This document shows, piece by piece, positions 16,089 through 25,265 of a DNA stretch of 64,000 nt (position 1 is its first letter; every line of letters starts with the position of its first letter). The position numbers and the translations under genes are program-made. Source of the DNA: a virus (lineage: Duplodnaviria; Caudoviricetes); the IMG/VR virus record IMGVR_UViG_3300029288_007102, positions 1 to 64,000 of that record. One strand, written 5' to 3'. A model generated the notes under the pieces. The model was not told the DNA's origin. It searched no databases and saw only the letters and a program-made list of their open reading frames with translations.

Positions 16089-17831
16089 ATGAGCTTACAG
16101 ACAGGAACATATGAGGCGGAACCTGAATTTAGATTTTATGAGAGTTTAATTAGCCGGGCAAGAGTGAATGAGACTTTGGAGGATGGTTGGATAGGGGAAG
16201 AGATAATAAGCTTCCGGGAATTTGTAACCTCTCCAGATCACATGAACTTTGAGCCTTTCTCTGAACGTCAGTATGGCCCTATAGAATATATGTTAGGTGT
16301 GGAAAGAGATAAGCTCTTTTTTAACAATAGATATATGGCTGTGCTTGAGTGGGGTAAGGGGGCAGGGAAAGATACGGTAGCTTGGGCATTTGTTTGTTAT
16401 ATGGTTTATGTGCTGTTGAATCTAAAGAATCCTCAGAGATATCTTGGCCAGGGGTCCGGCGAGCCGATAGATATATTGAATATAGCTAACACTGAAAAGC
16501 AAGCCTCAGGTATCTTCTTTGACAGGTTTAGGACGAAAGTAAAGAACTGGAAATGGTTGATGGAGAATTATCATATAAAGCTTTCCGGTGCCTCAATGAA
16601 CAGCAAAGAGAAAGATGGGGTGTTCTTAGACCATGTTCAGATCCGGGCGGACGGCATTGTCTTTCCTAAAGGGGTGCGGGTCTTCTCAGGGAATAGTAGC
16701 CAGGAATCATATGAAGGTACCAACTTGTTGGTTTGGATCATGGATGAAGCTAGTGCCTTCCGGGATGGGACCCAGACTCACAATGCTCAGAAAATGTTTG
16801 ATATGTTGAGGTCCTCGGCGACCTCTCGTTTTGGCATGAAATATAAATCAGTTATGATGTCGTTCCCTAGATATAAAGATGATTTTATTGAAAGAACGCT
16901 TAAGGTGTATGAGAGCAACTTGAATGTATACACTGACAAGGCAATGACCTGGGAAGTAAAGCCTAAGAGATATTTTTCGAATCAAACCTTTAAATATAAC
17001 GGGATGGATGTTCCGGTAGACTTTCAAGATGAATTTAAGTTTCATCCGGAAAACTCTTTGATTAAATATTGCTGCATCGCTAATGAGGCGGAATCTCCAC
17101 TGTTCACCCGGCCACATATGATTGATTTGGCAGTCAACAGGGTTCGCAAGCCGATCTTTGAGTTTGAAGAATACGAAGATGAAGATTTGTTTGGCCAGAA
17201 GTATGTGTTAAAGCGGATCAGTTCTGTGAATTGCGGAGTAACTAATATTCTTTATGTGATTGTGGTTGACTTAGGCCGGAGTGGAGACAGTGCGGCTTTG
17301 TCCATTGGTCATTTAGATGAGGAGACTGGTGGAATAATTTTAGATGCACATACGGCCTGGAATCCAATCCCGGAACGCAACGTGGTAGTTTCTTTGAGTA
17401 ATGTGGAGGAAGTGTTATTAGATATTTGTAAACTTATCCAGGTGGCTGGGATTTTCTTTGATCGCTGGCAATCGTATGCGATTGTAGAAGCGTTAGTGAG
17501 AGAGGGGCATTTTTCCAGTGTCACTTCGGTTAAATTTAAAGATTGGTTGACTACGAGAGACAGGTTTTATGGAGAGCAGATAGAGATTCTTCCGGACATG
17601 GAATTAGTAGGGCAGTTGAAGCAGATGCAGAATATAAAGGATATGAAGATAGATCACCCGGTGGATGGCCATGATGACCGTGCATATTCGTTAGCTGGAA
17701 TGGTTAAAATACTTGCAGACCTTTCAGTTTACACATCCAAGTCAACTGAAGAAGGTGAAGTGGTAGGATCCAATCTTAATGCGGAAGGAACAGTTCTCCA
17801 GAAGGGTGGAATTCCACCCGGGATGGTGTAA
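16089..17831 (+). CDS. terL: Terminase large subunit
   Basis: Walker A GKGAGKD, Walker B WIMDEA, RNase H-like VDLG...FDRWQ...DHPVDGHDD. Confidence 0.92.
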   Translation: MSLQTGTYEAEPEFRFYESLISRARVNETLEDGWIGEEIISFREFVTSPDHMNFEPFSERQYGPIEYMLGVERDKLFFNNRYMAVLEWGKGAGKDTVAWAFVCYMVYVLLNLKNPQRYLGQGSGEPIDILNIANTEKQASGIFFDRFRTKVKNWKWLMENYHIKLSGASMNSKEKDGVFLDHVQIRADGIVFPKGVRVFSGNSSQESYEGTNLLVWIMDEASAFRDGTQTHNAQKMFDMLRSSATSRFGMKYKSVMMSFPRYKDDFIERTLKVYESNLNVYTDKAMTWEVKPKRYFSNQTFKYNGMDVPVDFQDEFKFHPENSLIKYCCIANEAESPLFTRPHMIDLAVNRVRKPIFEFEEYEDEDLFGQKYVLKRISSVNCGVTNILYVIVVDLGRSGDSAALSIGHLDEETGGIILDAHTAWNPIPERNVVVSLSNVEEVLLDICKLIQVAGIFFDRWQSYAIVEALVREGHFSSVTSVKFKDWLTTRDRFYGEQIEILPDMELVGQLKQMQNIKDMKIDHPVDGHDDRAYSLAGMVKILADLSVYTSKSTEEGEVVGSNLNAEGTVLQKGGIPPGMV

Positions 17832-17860
17832 AACAATTAAACTTCTTAAGGAGAAGTAAA

Positions 17861-19339
17861 ATGGGAAGTCTAGGGTTTAATACGATTCAGTTCCATAAAA
17901 AGGTTAGTGGGGCGATGGATATGACTATTGTGAGACAGTCTAAAGTTGATGAAGAACTCCGCAGGTGGGTTGAACTTGATAAAGACATAAGTGTTATTCA
18001 GACAAAGGAAGAAGATAATTGGTATCAAGGTACTCTTGATAAACTGGAAGATCGGTATGAACTTACTGACGACGAAGGCAACCTGGGAGAACAATTAAAG
18101 GCAATCTTAGAGAAGCAGATTACAGAAGAAGAGTTGGGGAAGAAAGCTACTGGCGAAGCCGACCAGGATTACGACAAAGAGACTTTCGACAAAATCGTTG
18201 AACAGATAAAGGCTGCAGGATTTGAAGCCAGCCATAGGGAATTTGATAAGTATCAAGGGCCATATATTAATATTGAAGGGTTTGGTTTCTTCTGGTTAGT
18301 AGATGTTTACTTTACCGGGGATATAGCAGATGAAGATCTGGCAAAGGGTTATCGCTCAGTTAAATTGACGGACCAAGAGGGGGATCCGGTTTCTTGGTCA
18401 AAAGGTGACTATTTCCAAACCCCAGAGGATACCATTTTAGAAGGGTATACTTTAACTTTAGTAGATCAAGAAGGTAAAGAGACGGTTGTAGATAGCCCGA
18501 AGATAAAAGATTTGCCGGATATTACAGAAGTTATGACTTCCTTCCAGTATAAGCCAAAAACAGAAGTAATGCATATGATTTTTAGCTGGGAGGATGAGCC
18601 GGAGCAGGAAATTGAGGTAGCGGTAAGTAATGGTAAGGTTGATGCAAGTGAGCTGGTTGGCTACATAAAGGAAGTGGCCGAAAAGAAACAAACCAAAAAA
18701 GGGGCAAATATGACTTACCTAATAAGATATTTTGATTCAGGTGAATGGTTTGAGAAGGAAGAGAAATATGAAACCAAAGAGGCTGCCGATAAGATCGCCA
18801 GCGATATGTATGTTTGTGGCGTATCAGCAAACATAAAGATTGCCGACTCTGATGGTAATACTATTGCCTCCCTGGGTGAATTTGCGGACAAGATTGCTCT
18901 GTGTTCTAGTTGCAGGGAGATCTTGGAGAATTATAAAGGTACTGAGGATTTAGTGAAGGTCTGGCATTCTGTGGATGAGCTGTCTCACCGTAAAGTGATA
19001 GAGGCGGGATTGGAAGAAAAGGTCTCCAATGCTATAGCTGAATATAACTCTGGCCTGGTTGAGGTAGCTGCTGAGGATCTGAAGATAGTCAAGGAATCAA
19101 TCAAAGAGCCTATCACTCCTTTAGAAGATGCTTTGTATTACCTAACTTACTGGAAAGATGGTAAGGACTTGGTGAAGGCTTGTTCTATTTTGCGGGAGAA
19201 TAAGGTAGACACCACTGACGTTGAGTTGGCCGGGATCCGGTTAGAGGCGGGTAGGATGAAAGAGACCCTGACTAACATTAGTGTGGCCACACAAGACGTT
19301 AAGAGATTCCTTAATAAAGATATAGAGATGGGGGTTTAA
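17861..19339 (+). CDS. Acidic mosaic protein, putative head/internal protein
   Basis: 492 aa; junction-like motifs KKVSG, RQSK, KKATG, KKGA. Confidence 0.6.
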   Translation: MGSLGFNTIQFHKKVSGAMDMTIVRQSKVDEELRRWVELDKDISVIQTKEEDNWYQGTLDKLEDRYELTDDEGNLGEQLKAILEKQITEEELGKKATGEADQDYDKETFDKIVEQIKAAGFEASHREFDKYQGPYINIEGFGFFWLVDVYFTGDIADEDLAKGYRSVKLTDQEGDPVSWSKGDYFQTPEDTILEGYTLTLVDQEGKETVVDSPKIKDLPDITEVMTSFQYKPKTEVMHMIFSWEDEPEQEIEVAVSNGKVDASELVGYIKEVAEKKQTKKGANMTYLIRYFDSGEWFEKEEKYETKEAADKIASDMYVCGVSANIKIADSDGNTIASLGEFADKIALCSSCREILENYKGTEDLVKVWHSVDELSHRKVIEAGLEEKVSNAIAEYNSGLVEVAAEDLKIVKESIKEPITPLEDALYYLTYWKDGKDLVKACSILRENKVDTTDVELAGIRLEAGRMKETLTNISVATQDVKRFLNKDIEMGV

Positions 19340-19340
19340 G

Positions 19341-19565
19341 ATGACTGTTGAGTTAATGGGGATACAAGAAGCTTGGGCGGTAGACATTGACGATATGCCG
19401 GATAGTCCATATAGTGGGAACTCCTACACAGTTATGATCAATGATGATGAGTTGACAGGGATGCCTACTGTTGAGGTTTTCAATCCAGATAAAGATGAGA
19501 ATGTTCTGGGGGATGAGCAAGATTTTGTTGTGAATTATTTAGAGAAGCATAAGGAGGAGAAATAA
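19341..19565 (+). CDS. Acidic small protein
   Basis: GGGGG RBS. Confidence 0.6.
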   Translation: MTVELMGIQEAWAVDIDDMPDSPYSGNSYTVMINDDELTGMPTVEVFNPDKDENVLGDEQDFVVNYLEKHKEEK

Positions 19566-19741
19566 TGGCTAAATTCCATGTGCAATATCTCTGGGAAACG
19601 TATATAGACTTTGGGCTCATAGAGGCAGAGGATGAAGATGCTGCCGAAGCCATTGCTGCAACCAGGATGGAGAAGGGTGATCACGTAGAGCCAGTGGAAG
19701 GGGATCAAAGGTTTTTAACCGAGGAAGCTAATCAAGAATAG
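19565..19741 (+). CDS. Small protein with IEAEDEDAAEAIA module (not in ORF track)
   Basis: GGAGG RBS, TAATG coupling. Confidence 0.6.
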   Translation: MAKFHVQYLWETYIDFGLIEAEDEDAAEAIAATRMEKGDHVEPVEGDQRFLTEEANQE

Positions 19742-19772
19742 GAGATTTTATGAAAGATAGAGAGGGTGTCTA

Positions 19773-20534
19773 ATGTCTATAAAAAAAGTAGCCATAGAAT
19801 ATTTAGATAAAGAAGATGTTGCCAGTGATTATATAGGCCGGGATGTAATTGAGCTTGCGGCTAAGAAGGTGGACGACTATATAAATCGTTGGGCAGATAA
19901 GCTTGGAGAGCATACTTGGGATGTCAACGTTGCCGAAGGGGAGCATAAGAGCCGGGATGGGTTTATGAGTTTCCAGGAAGGTAATGTCCAAGGTAGTTTC
20001 TTTTTTGATTATACTTATGAGACCCCGGATTTTCCTAAGCCTGCTGCGGACAAGTTGGATGAGTTAAGGAGAATTCTACAAGATTATGTGGCGGAACAGA
20101 TTTATGAGGAAGAGAAAGAAACGATAGATAAATTGCTTGGTCCGGTTGATGATCCTAACTGGGAGACTATATATTACGCTTTAAATGATCTGGCGGCTAG
20201 CGATAGTAAGCAGACCTCTTTTGATCCAGGAGCGGGGGCGACAGATGTATTACAGCCTCTTCTGGACAAGTTAGATGAGGCGGAGAATGCTGCTTTAAGT
20301 GATGGAGATGAAGGCTGTGTGGCTATGTGCCAACTGGAGGTTTACTTCTATAATAAGGAAGGAAAGAAATCTTTTACGGTAATAGCTAGTGTGAATTGGG
20401 AGAATCCTTATTTCCGGACAGGTTCTGGGAATGAATACTTTAAACAAAGTAAAGATGTGGGATTTACTGACATAAATGATTTGGATGGCAAGCTGGATAC
20501 AGAGATCGCCTCAGTGATGAGTGAGTTTTTATAG
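19773..20534 (+). CDS. Acidic protein with MSIKKVA N-terminus
   Basis: 253-aa ORF. Confidence 0.7.
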   Translation: MSIKKVAIEYLDKEDVASDYIGRDVIELAAKKVDDYINRWADKLGEHTWDVNVAEGEHKSRDGFMSFQEGNVQGSFFFDYTYETPDFPKPAADKLDELRRILQDYVAEQIYEEEKETIDKLLGPVDDPNWETIYYALNDLAASDSKQTSFDPGAGATDVLQPLLDKLDEAENAALSDGDEGCVAMCQLEVYFYNKEGKKSFTVIASVNWENPYFRTGSGNEYFKQSKDVGFTDINDLDGKLDTEIASVMSEFL

Positions 20535-20542
20535 AGGTAAAT

Positions 20543-20752
20543 ATGAATTGGCACAGAAAGGCACAGACTCCGGCTCCGGCCTCTGGTGGATTTGGTGGAC
20601 TGGATGAGGTGACCAAGTACAACATTAACCAGAAGGGGCTTGGGTATTACTGCCCAGATTGCATGAAAGATGTCCCGCCCAATGTGAGGTGTCCTGATTG
20701 CGGCAAGGTGCTTAAGAAAAACAAATGGATTAATAGGAGACGAGATGGCTGA
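20543..20752 (+). CDS. W-leader Zn-ribbon protein (MNWHRKAQ)
   Basis: CPDC...CPDC. Confidence 0.75.
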   Translation: MNWHRKAQTPAPASGGFGGLDEVTKYNINQKGLGYYCPDCMKDVPPNVRCPDCGKVLKKNKWINRRRDG

Positions 20753-21011
20753 CTTAAAAGAAAAAGTAAAAGAGCTTTATGAGAAGGTGCAGGAATATGC
20801 CCGGGAGGCGGAGAACATAGATGCGACTATAGTAGAGGGCGAGATCGAAGGCGAACCCTCTGAGAATGAGATTAACGCTTTTGTCTATGGGGCTATCTGG
20901 GCATTTGAGGCGGTACTTAACACCTTTGATTTGTTAGGTGTTGGTGATCTGATTGAAAAGGAGAATGAACATGAAGGACCGAAAGCCGAAGGGGAAGGCA
21001 AGAAAGAGTGA
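20745..21011 (+). CDS. Hypothetical protein
   Basis: AGGAG RBS. Confidence 0.6.
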   Translation: MADLKEKVKELYEKVQEYAREAENIDATIVEGEIEGEPSENEINAFVYGAIWAFEAVLNTFDLLGVGDLIEKENEHEGPKAEGEGKKE

Positions 21012-21561
21012 GAAGGTTATAGTTGAAGGAGACGGCACTCGTGGCCAGGTACAGTATGATTCTGATTTCTCAAAGGCTCTAAAGAAAAAGAGGCCTAGCC
21101 AGAAGAAGGCTAAAAAGATCTTTCAAGAAATCTTGGGCACTTTAACACCAAAGCCTCCAATTATTGGGACAGGAATAGAGTCTCTTAAAGTAGGGGATAC
21201 AATTAAGGATCCTCCTTTAGTATATGCGATTTTGGGGAATGGCGGTAGTGCTCCGATTATCAACGGATTTAATACCCCCCTTGAAGAGAACGTCTCTCTG
21301 GCGAAGCGATATATCCAAGCCGGATACCAATGGCGAGTATGGGATGATTGCCCAAATCTTTGTTTTAGGGTGACTATGTTTAGGGTAGAAGGGGCAGAGG
21401 TTCGAGGAGGGGTTATATTGTTTGGCTACCGGGATTATATTTGGTGGGGTGGCGGGATAGACGGATTGAGTAAAAAATTAAAAGAAGTGGAGCAATGGTT
21501 TGCAGGCTTGAGGGCTGCTGGCTACAATGTTCCAAAACCAGAGGAGGTACCATACCAATGA
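20953..21561 (+). CDS. Hypothetical protein
   Basis: ORF; start uncertain. Confidence 0.55.
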   Translation: MKRRMNMKDRKPKGKARKSEKVIVEGDGTRGQVQYDSDFSKALKKKRPSQKKAKKIFQEILGTLTPKPPIIGTGIESLKVGDTIKDPPLVYAILGNGGSAPIINGFNTPLEENVSLAKRYIQAGYQWRVWDDCPNLCFRVTMFRVEGAEVRGGVILFGYRDYIWWGGGIDGLSKKLKEVEQWFAGLRAAGYNVPKPEEVPYQ

Positions 21562-21968
21562 AAATTAGAATTCAATGGGTAATTGCTTTATTTGTGATGG
21601 CTTTGTTGATTATCTTTATTGCGATTAAGGCTTTTGGTGCTACAACATTGACATTGTCATGGACTGCTCCGTATGCTCATAATGATGATCCAGCATCTGG
21701 TCCAGTTACAAGCTATGAATTAAAGTATTCAGGTTCTCCTATAAATCCTGAGAACTTTGATGCAGCTACTTCACTAACAACAGCAACACCTAAAGCTCCT
21801 GGAGCTACTGAGACTTATACATTTACGATAGCTGATCTAAATAAATATTATTTTGCAATAAAAGGTGTTAATGCTGCTGGAATAAAGAGTCCGATAAGTA
21901 ATATTGCGGTGGCAAATTTTTTCCCCCCGCTCCCGATCCTGGACCTCCGCTCTGCGGGAACAAGATGA
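21558..21968 (+). CDS. Secreted/anchored fibronectin type III domain protein
   Basis: Hydrophobic N-terminus; TLSWTAP...YELKYS...YYFAIK...SPISN. Confidence 0.75.
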   Translation: MKIRIQWVIALFVMALLIIFIAIKAFGATTLTLSWTAPYAHNDDPASGPVTSYELKYSGSPINPENFDAATSLTTATPKAPGATETYTFTIADLNKYYFAIKGVNAAGIKSPISNIAVANFFPPLPILDLRSAGTR

Positions 21969-22034
21969 CCGCAGAGGCTTATTTGTTTGTGGTCGGGTTT
22001 GGATTTATGAGGTTGTTTAGAAAAAGGAGATCAA

Positions 22035-22325
22035 ATGGAGTGGACAAAGTTGGCCAGGAAGAGTGAGAAGATAAGTAGAGAGAAAGCTGATTTCTATCTA
22101 CACCATTGGGACGAGTTCCTCCGCAAGTATGGGAAGGATGCCGACCTTATGTGTAAAGAGTTCCAGTTTGTTGAGATCAACGATGAAGAAGAAGAGAAAG
22201 ATACCCTCAATCGTGGAGATAAGATGTGGGTGGCTGTATACCCGGGGGACTTGGAGAGCCACACTGAGCCGGATGGTAGCTTGGATCCTGAGTGGAAGAC
22301 TTTTGAAGTTTGGTATGGGAGGTAG
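22035..22325 (+). CDS. W-leader small protein (MEWTKLA)
   Basis: AGGAG RBS and leader. Confidence 0.7.
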   Translation: MEWTKLARKSEKISREKADFYLHHWDEFLRKYGKDADLMCKEFQFVEINDEEEEKDTLNRGDKMWVAVYPGDLESHTEPDGSLDPEWKTFEVWYGR

Positions 22326-22327
22326 TC

Positions 22328-22597
22328 GTGGGACAGATAGCAGATCTAACTTATGCAATGGGACTGTTTGTTGAGGATTTAGGGTTAGGGGATCCAAGTG
22401 GAAGAACTATTGCTGAATTGGTTTCAATTCTTAAAAAAGAAAGAAAACGTCTCTCTGTGGAAGATATGCAATTGATGCCTCCGGAGACGATAGGGGATTT
22501 CCTCACGACGGTTGGGAAATATGAGAATGAAGATCTGGATGGCTTAGATCGTAAAGACTTATTTGAATTGGTCTTAGAAACCATAGATACTTTATAA
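22328..22597 (+). CDS. Hypothetical protein
   Basis: GGAGG RBS before GTG. Confidence 0.55.
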   Translation: MGQIADLTYAMGLFVEDLGLGDPSGRTIAELVSILKKERKRLSVEDMQLMPPETIGDFLTTVGKYENEDLDGLDRKDLFELVLETIDTL

Positions 22598-22609
22598 GGA
22601 GATGTTCTA

Positions 22610-23110
22610 ATGGCTAAGAAGGAGAAAAGAGTTTTCTATTGTCCAGATTGTGGTCCCGGGCAGAAAGTTGGCTTTACTACATTGTTCCCAGAGGAGCCCT
22701 GGTGCCCGAATTGTTTAAGAGAGTGGGAGAGTTGGGATGAATTGGAGAACGAACTGGAAGCCTTAGAGCAGAAGCCTAAAGGGGAAGAGAAGAAGGCGGA
22801 GGTAGAAGAAGAAATACCTTTGAATATGCATAAGGGGACGCATTATATTCTTCACTGGCTAGAGCATCACCCGATGGAAGATGATGAGGAGTGGGCGGGT
22901 ATGCTCCCTCCTACAGCTGAGATAACTGGTGTACAGGATGGGATGTCTGAGTGGGAGATAGTGGAAGGGTTTGAAGCAGAGAGTATAGAAGAAGCCCAGC
23001 GGATGGCTAGGGACATAACTGATGCTGAGGTCTATAGCGTTTATAAAGAAAACCCTGATGGCAGTACTGAGTTGGCGTTTACTGAGGAGGGTATCTCAAA
23101 GGAGGAATAA
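22610..23110 (+). CDS. Zn-ribbon plus acidic domain protein
   Basis: CPDC...CPNC, junction EKKAE, FEAESIEEA. Confidence 0.65.
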   Translation: MAKKEKRVFYCPDCGPGQKVGFTTLFPEEPWCPNCLREWESWDELENELEALEQKPKGEEKKAEVEEEIPLNMHKGTHYILHWLEHHPMEDDEEWAGMLPPTAEITGVQDGMSEWEIVEGFEAESIEEAQRMARDITDAEVYSVYKENPDGSTELAFTEEGISKEE

Positions 23111-23482
23111 ATGGATTGGTTGAAACCTGAATTGAAAACGAAGAAGGAAAAGGATCCAGTCAAAGAAATAGTTACAAAGTATATTAAGGGGAGAGATAGA
23201 TTGTCGGCAGAGAAGAATTTAGAATACAGGACTCTGAGAGATCGGCTTTTGAGTTTGCATGGTGGTAGGGTAAGTTTTAAAAAGGAACAAGGGAGATTGA
23301 TTAAGCTTTTTATGGATGCGGTCTCTAAGATTAAGGAAGCAATACTCCGGGGGCATTCAAAAGATAAGGCTTTGGGGTATGTGCAAGAAACCTTAAAGTT
23401 TGAAGAGCATATGACAAGAAGGTTAGTAGAACTAATGAATCAAAACTTGGACTTTTTCCAACAAAGAGGGATGTGGAGCTAA
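23111..23482 (+). CDS. Hypothetical protein (MDWLK start)
   Basis: GGAGG RBS. Confidence 0.65.
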   Translation: MDWLKPELKTKKEKDPVKEIVTKYIKGRDRLSAEKNLEYRTLRDRLLSLHGGRVSFKKEQGRLIKLFMDAVSKIKEAILRGHSKDKALGYVQETLKFEEHMTRRLVELMNQNLDFFQQRGMWS

Positions 23483-24423
23483 TGGAGAAGAAAGCTAGGT
23501 CTTATGGGCCAGTTGAGTTTAGCCTGGATGCCTGGATCAGAGTGTTTGTATCTGAGGATGACCTGAAGGAGAGTACCAAGTTTGATGAGATTATCCGTTC
23601 AGATAAAGATCTAACCGAGAAGTCCCAGTTGGTTGAAGAGTTGATAGTTGAGTTGGCTAACGAGAGATTGTCGGAAGCGTCAATCAATGCAGAGAAAACT
23701 TTTGGTGTGAAGATAGATATTGAGGGTGTGGGGCACGAGCAGATTGCCAGTCATCCAATTAATGTCCCGGATCTAGTGGAAGAGGAAACGGCTGACTGGA
23801 AAGAGTTGCAGGAGTATGAAGAGGAAAAGACGAAGAAGTCTTCGGCTCGGCAAGAGGGGCATTTTGATTGGAAGGTAAGATATTATAAAGGGAATGAAGT
23901 GGTTAATGTTTATACAATTGAAAATCGGACAGAAAGAGAAGCGGAGAAAGAGGCCTCTGCATTGTTTGATAAGTCTTTAGATTGTGATGATTGGACGATG
24001 ACAAAGATAGAGATGCCAAAAGAATCAGACTTTACCAACAACAACCAGGATCTTTCAAATTGGTATAACGAGACCAAGCCGCCTAGTGAATCTATAGATC
24101 GTTTGGTAGACCCTCCAAAGACAGCTACTGATGAAGAAGGGGTTGCTGTGGGTGATACAGTTACCTTGGATGATTTCCAAAAAGGTGAAGTGGTATCCCT
24201 TAACGAAGATGGGACAATAAGTGTTCACGTTGCGGATGGCCAGCAAGGACCCGTGATTTTAACTTTTGACCGGGGTAGTATTGTAGCGGTTTTCCCTAAA
24301 GAAAATATAGTTACGAAGACTTGGTTAAAGAAGGAAGAGAACCAAGATGATGCTGGGTGGAAAGCTGAACCGTTAGATGAGAGATATATAGAACCTATGG
24401 GCTCACAGATTGAGGAGGAGTAA
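23482..24423 (+). CDS. Acidic mosaic protein with KOW/SH3-like module
   Basis: MEKKAR start; KKSSA, KESD, KTAT junctions; VAVGDTV..KGEVV. Confidence 0.65.
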   Translation: MEKKARSYGPVEFSLDAWIRVFVSEDDLKESTKFDEIIRSDKDLTEKSQLVEELIVELANERLSEASINAEKTFGVKIDIEGVGHEQIASHPINVPDLVEEETADWKELQEYEEEKTKKSSARQEGHFDWKVRYYKGNEVVNVYTIENRTEREAEKEASALFDKSLDCDDWTMTKIEMPKESDFTNNNQDLSNWYNETKPPSESIDRLVDPPKTATDEEGVAVGDTVTLDDFQKGEVVSLNEDGTISVHVADGQQGPVILTFDRGSIVAVFPKENIVTKTWLKKEENQDDAGWKAEPLDERYIEPMGSQIEEE

Positions 24424-25265
24424 TGGAAACTAAAGAGGCGATCTTGGTTGCCATAGAGGAAGCATATCAATATTTTATCACCAATGAAATGGCACCAGAT
24501 AAACATGAGTTTGTGGAAAAGGTTTGTAAGATTATGAATCAAGGTGAGACCTCCACATACGATTATAACACAATGATTAAGTTAATTGATAAGTTTGCCC
24601 CAGAGAAGATAAAGGAATTGTTTGAGGTTGACGTAACTAGTATAGAAAAGGAAGGAGATTCTTATAAAGTTTCTCAGTCTCCTCAGCCAGTCCAGATGAG
24701 CCCGGCACAGATAGGTTATGATGCTAAGCCTCCGCAGTCCGGGGAGTACCAGGAGAGGCCGCAGGACAGTGATGATGTACAGGAACAAAGGATGCAGGAG
24801 CCGGAAGATTTTAATAATATGAGAGTATATAGTAAGGGTAAAAAGAAGCAGTGGATTAAGAAGGAAGAAGAAATAGAGAAGGAGTCGGATAGTGGCCAGG
24901 CGGGTGATGGGCAGTTCCCGGGGCAAACATCTGATTTCTCGAATGAACGTGAAGGAGACACTCACTATTCGTATTCCGCAAAGGAAAACGAGGCTAAGGT
25001 AATGAGAGTTATCAATCCGGAGCAAGAAGGGTTAGAAGATTGGCAAGTATTGAAGATGATTAGAACCATGCTTCCTTTTCAACACAGCAGAGAGGAAGTA
25101 GAAGACATTGCCAAGAAGTTGGGTATAGAGAAAGAAAAAGTGAATGTGATTATTTCTGATTTCATTAGAAAGCATATATTAGAGCCTGGTGAAAGTGGGT
25201 ATGCAGTATCGGCAGCATTTGGGTCAGAGATGGCCGAACCGAGTTATAACCCTTTAGAACAATAA
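24423..25265 (+). CDS. Acidic low-complexity mosaic protein
   Basis: Internal QWIKKEEEIEKES. Confidence 0.65.
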   Translation: METKEAILVAIEEAYQYFITNEMAPDKHEFVEKVCKIMNQGETSTYDYNTMIKLIDKFAPEKIKELFEVDVTSIEKEGDSYKVSQSPQPVQMSPAQIGYDAKPPQSGEYQERPQDSDDVQEQRMQEPEDFNNMRVYSKGKKKQWIKKEEEIEKESDSGQAGDGQFPGQTSDFSNEREGDTHYSYSAKENEAKVMRVINPEQEGLEDWQVLKMIRTMLPFQHSREEVEDIAKKLGIEKEKVNVIISDFIRKHILEPGESGYAVSAAFGSEMAEPSYNPLEQ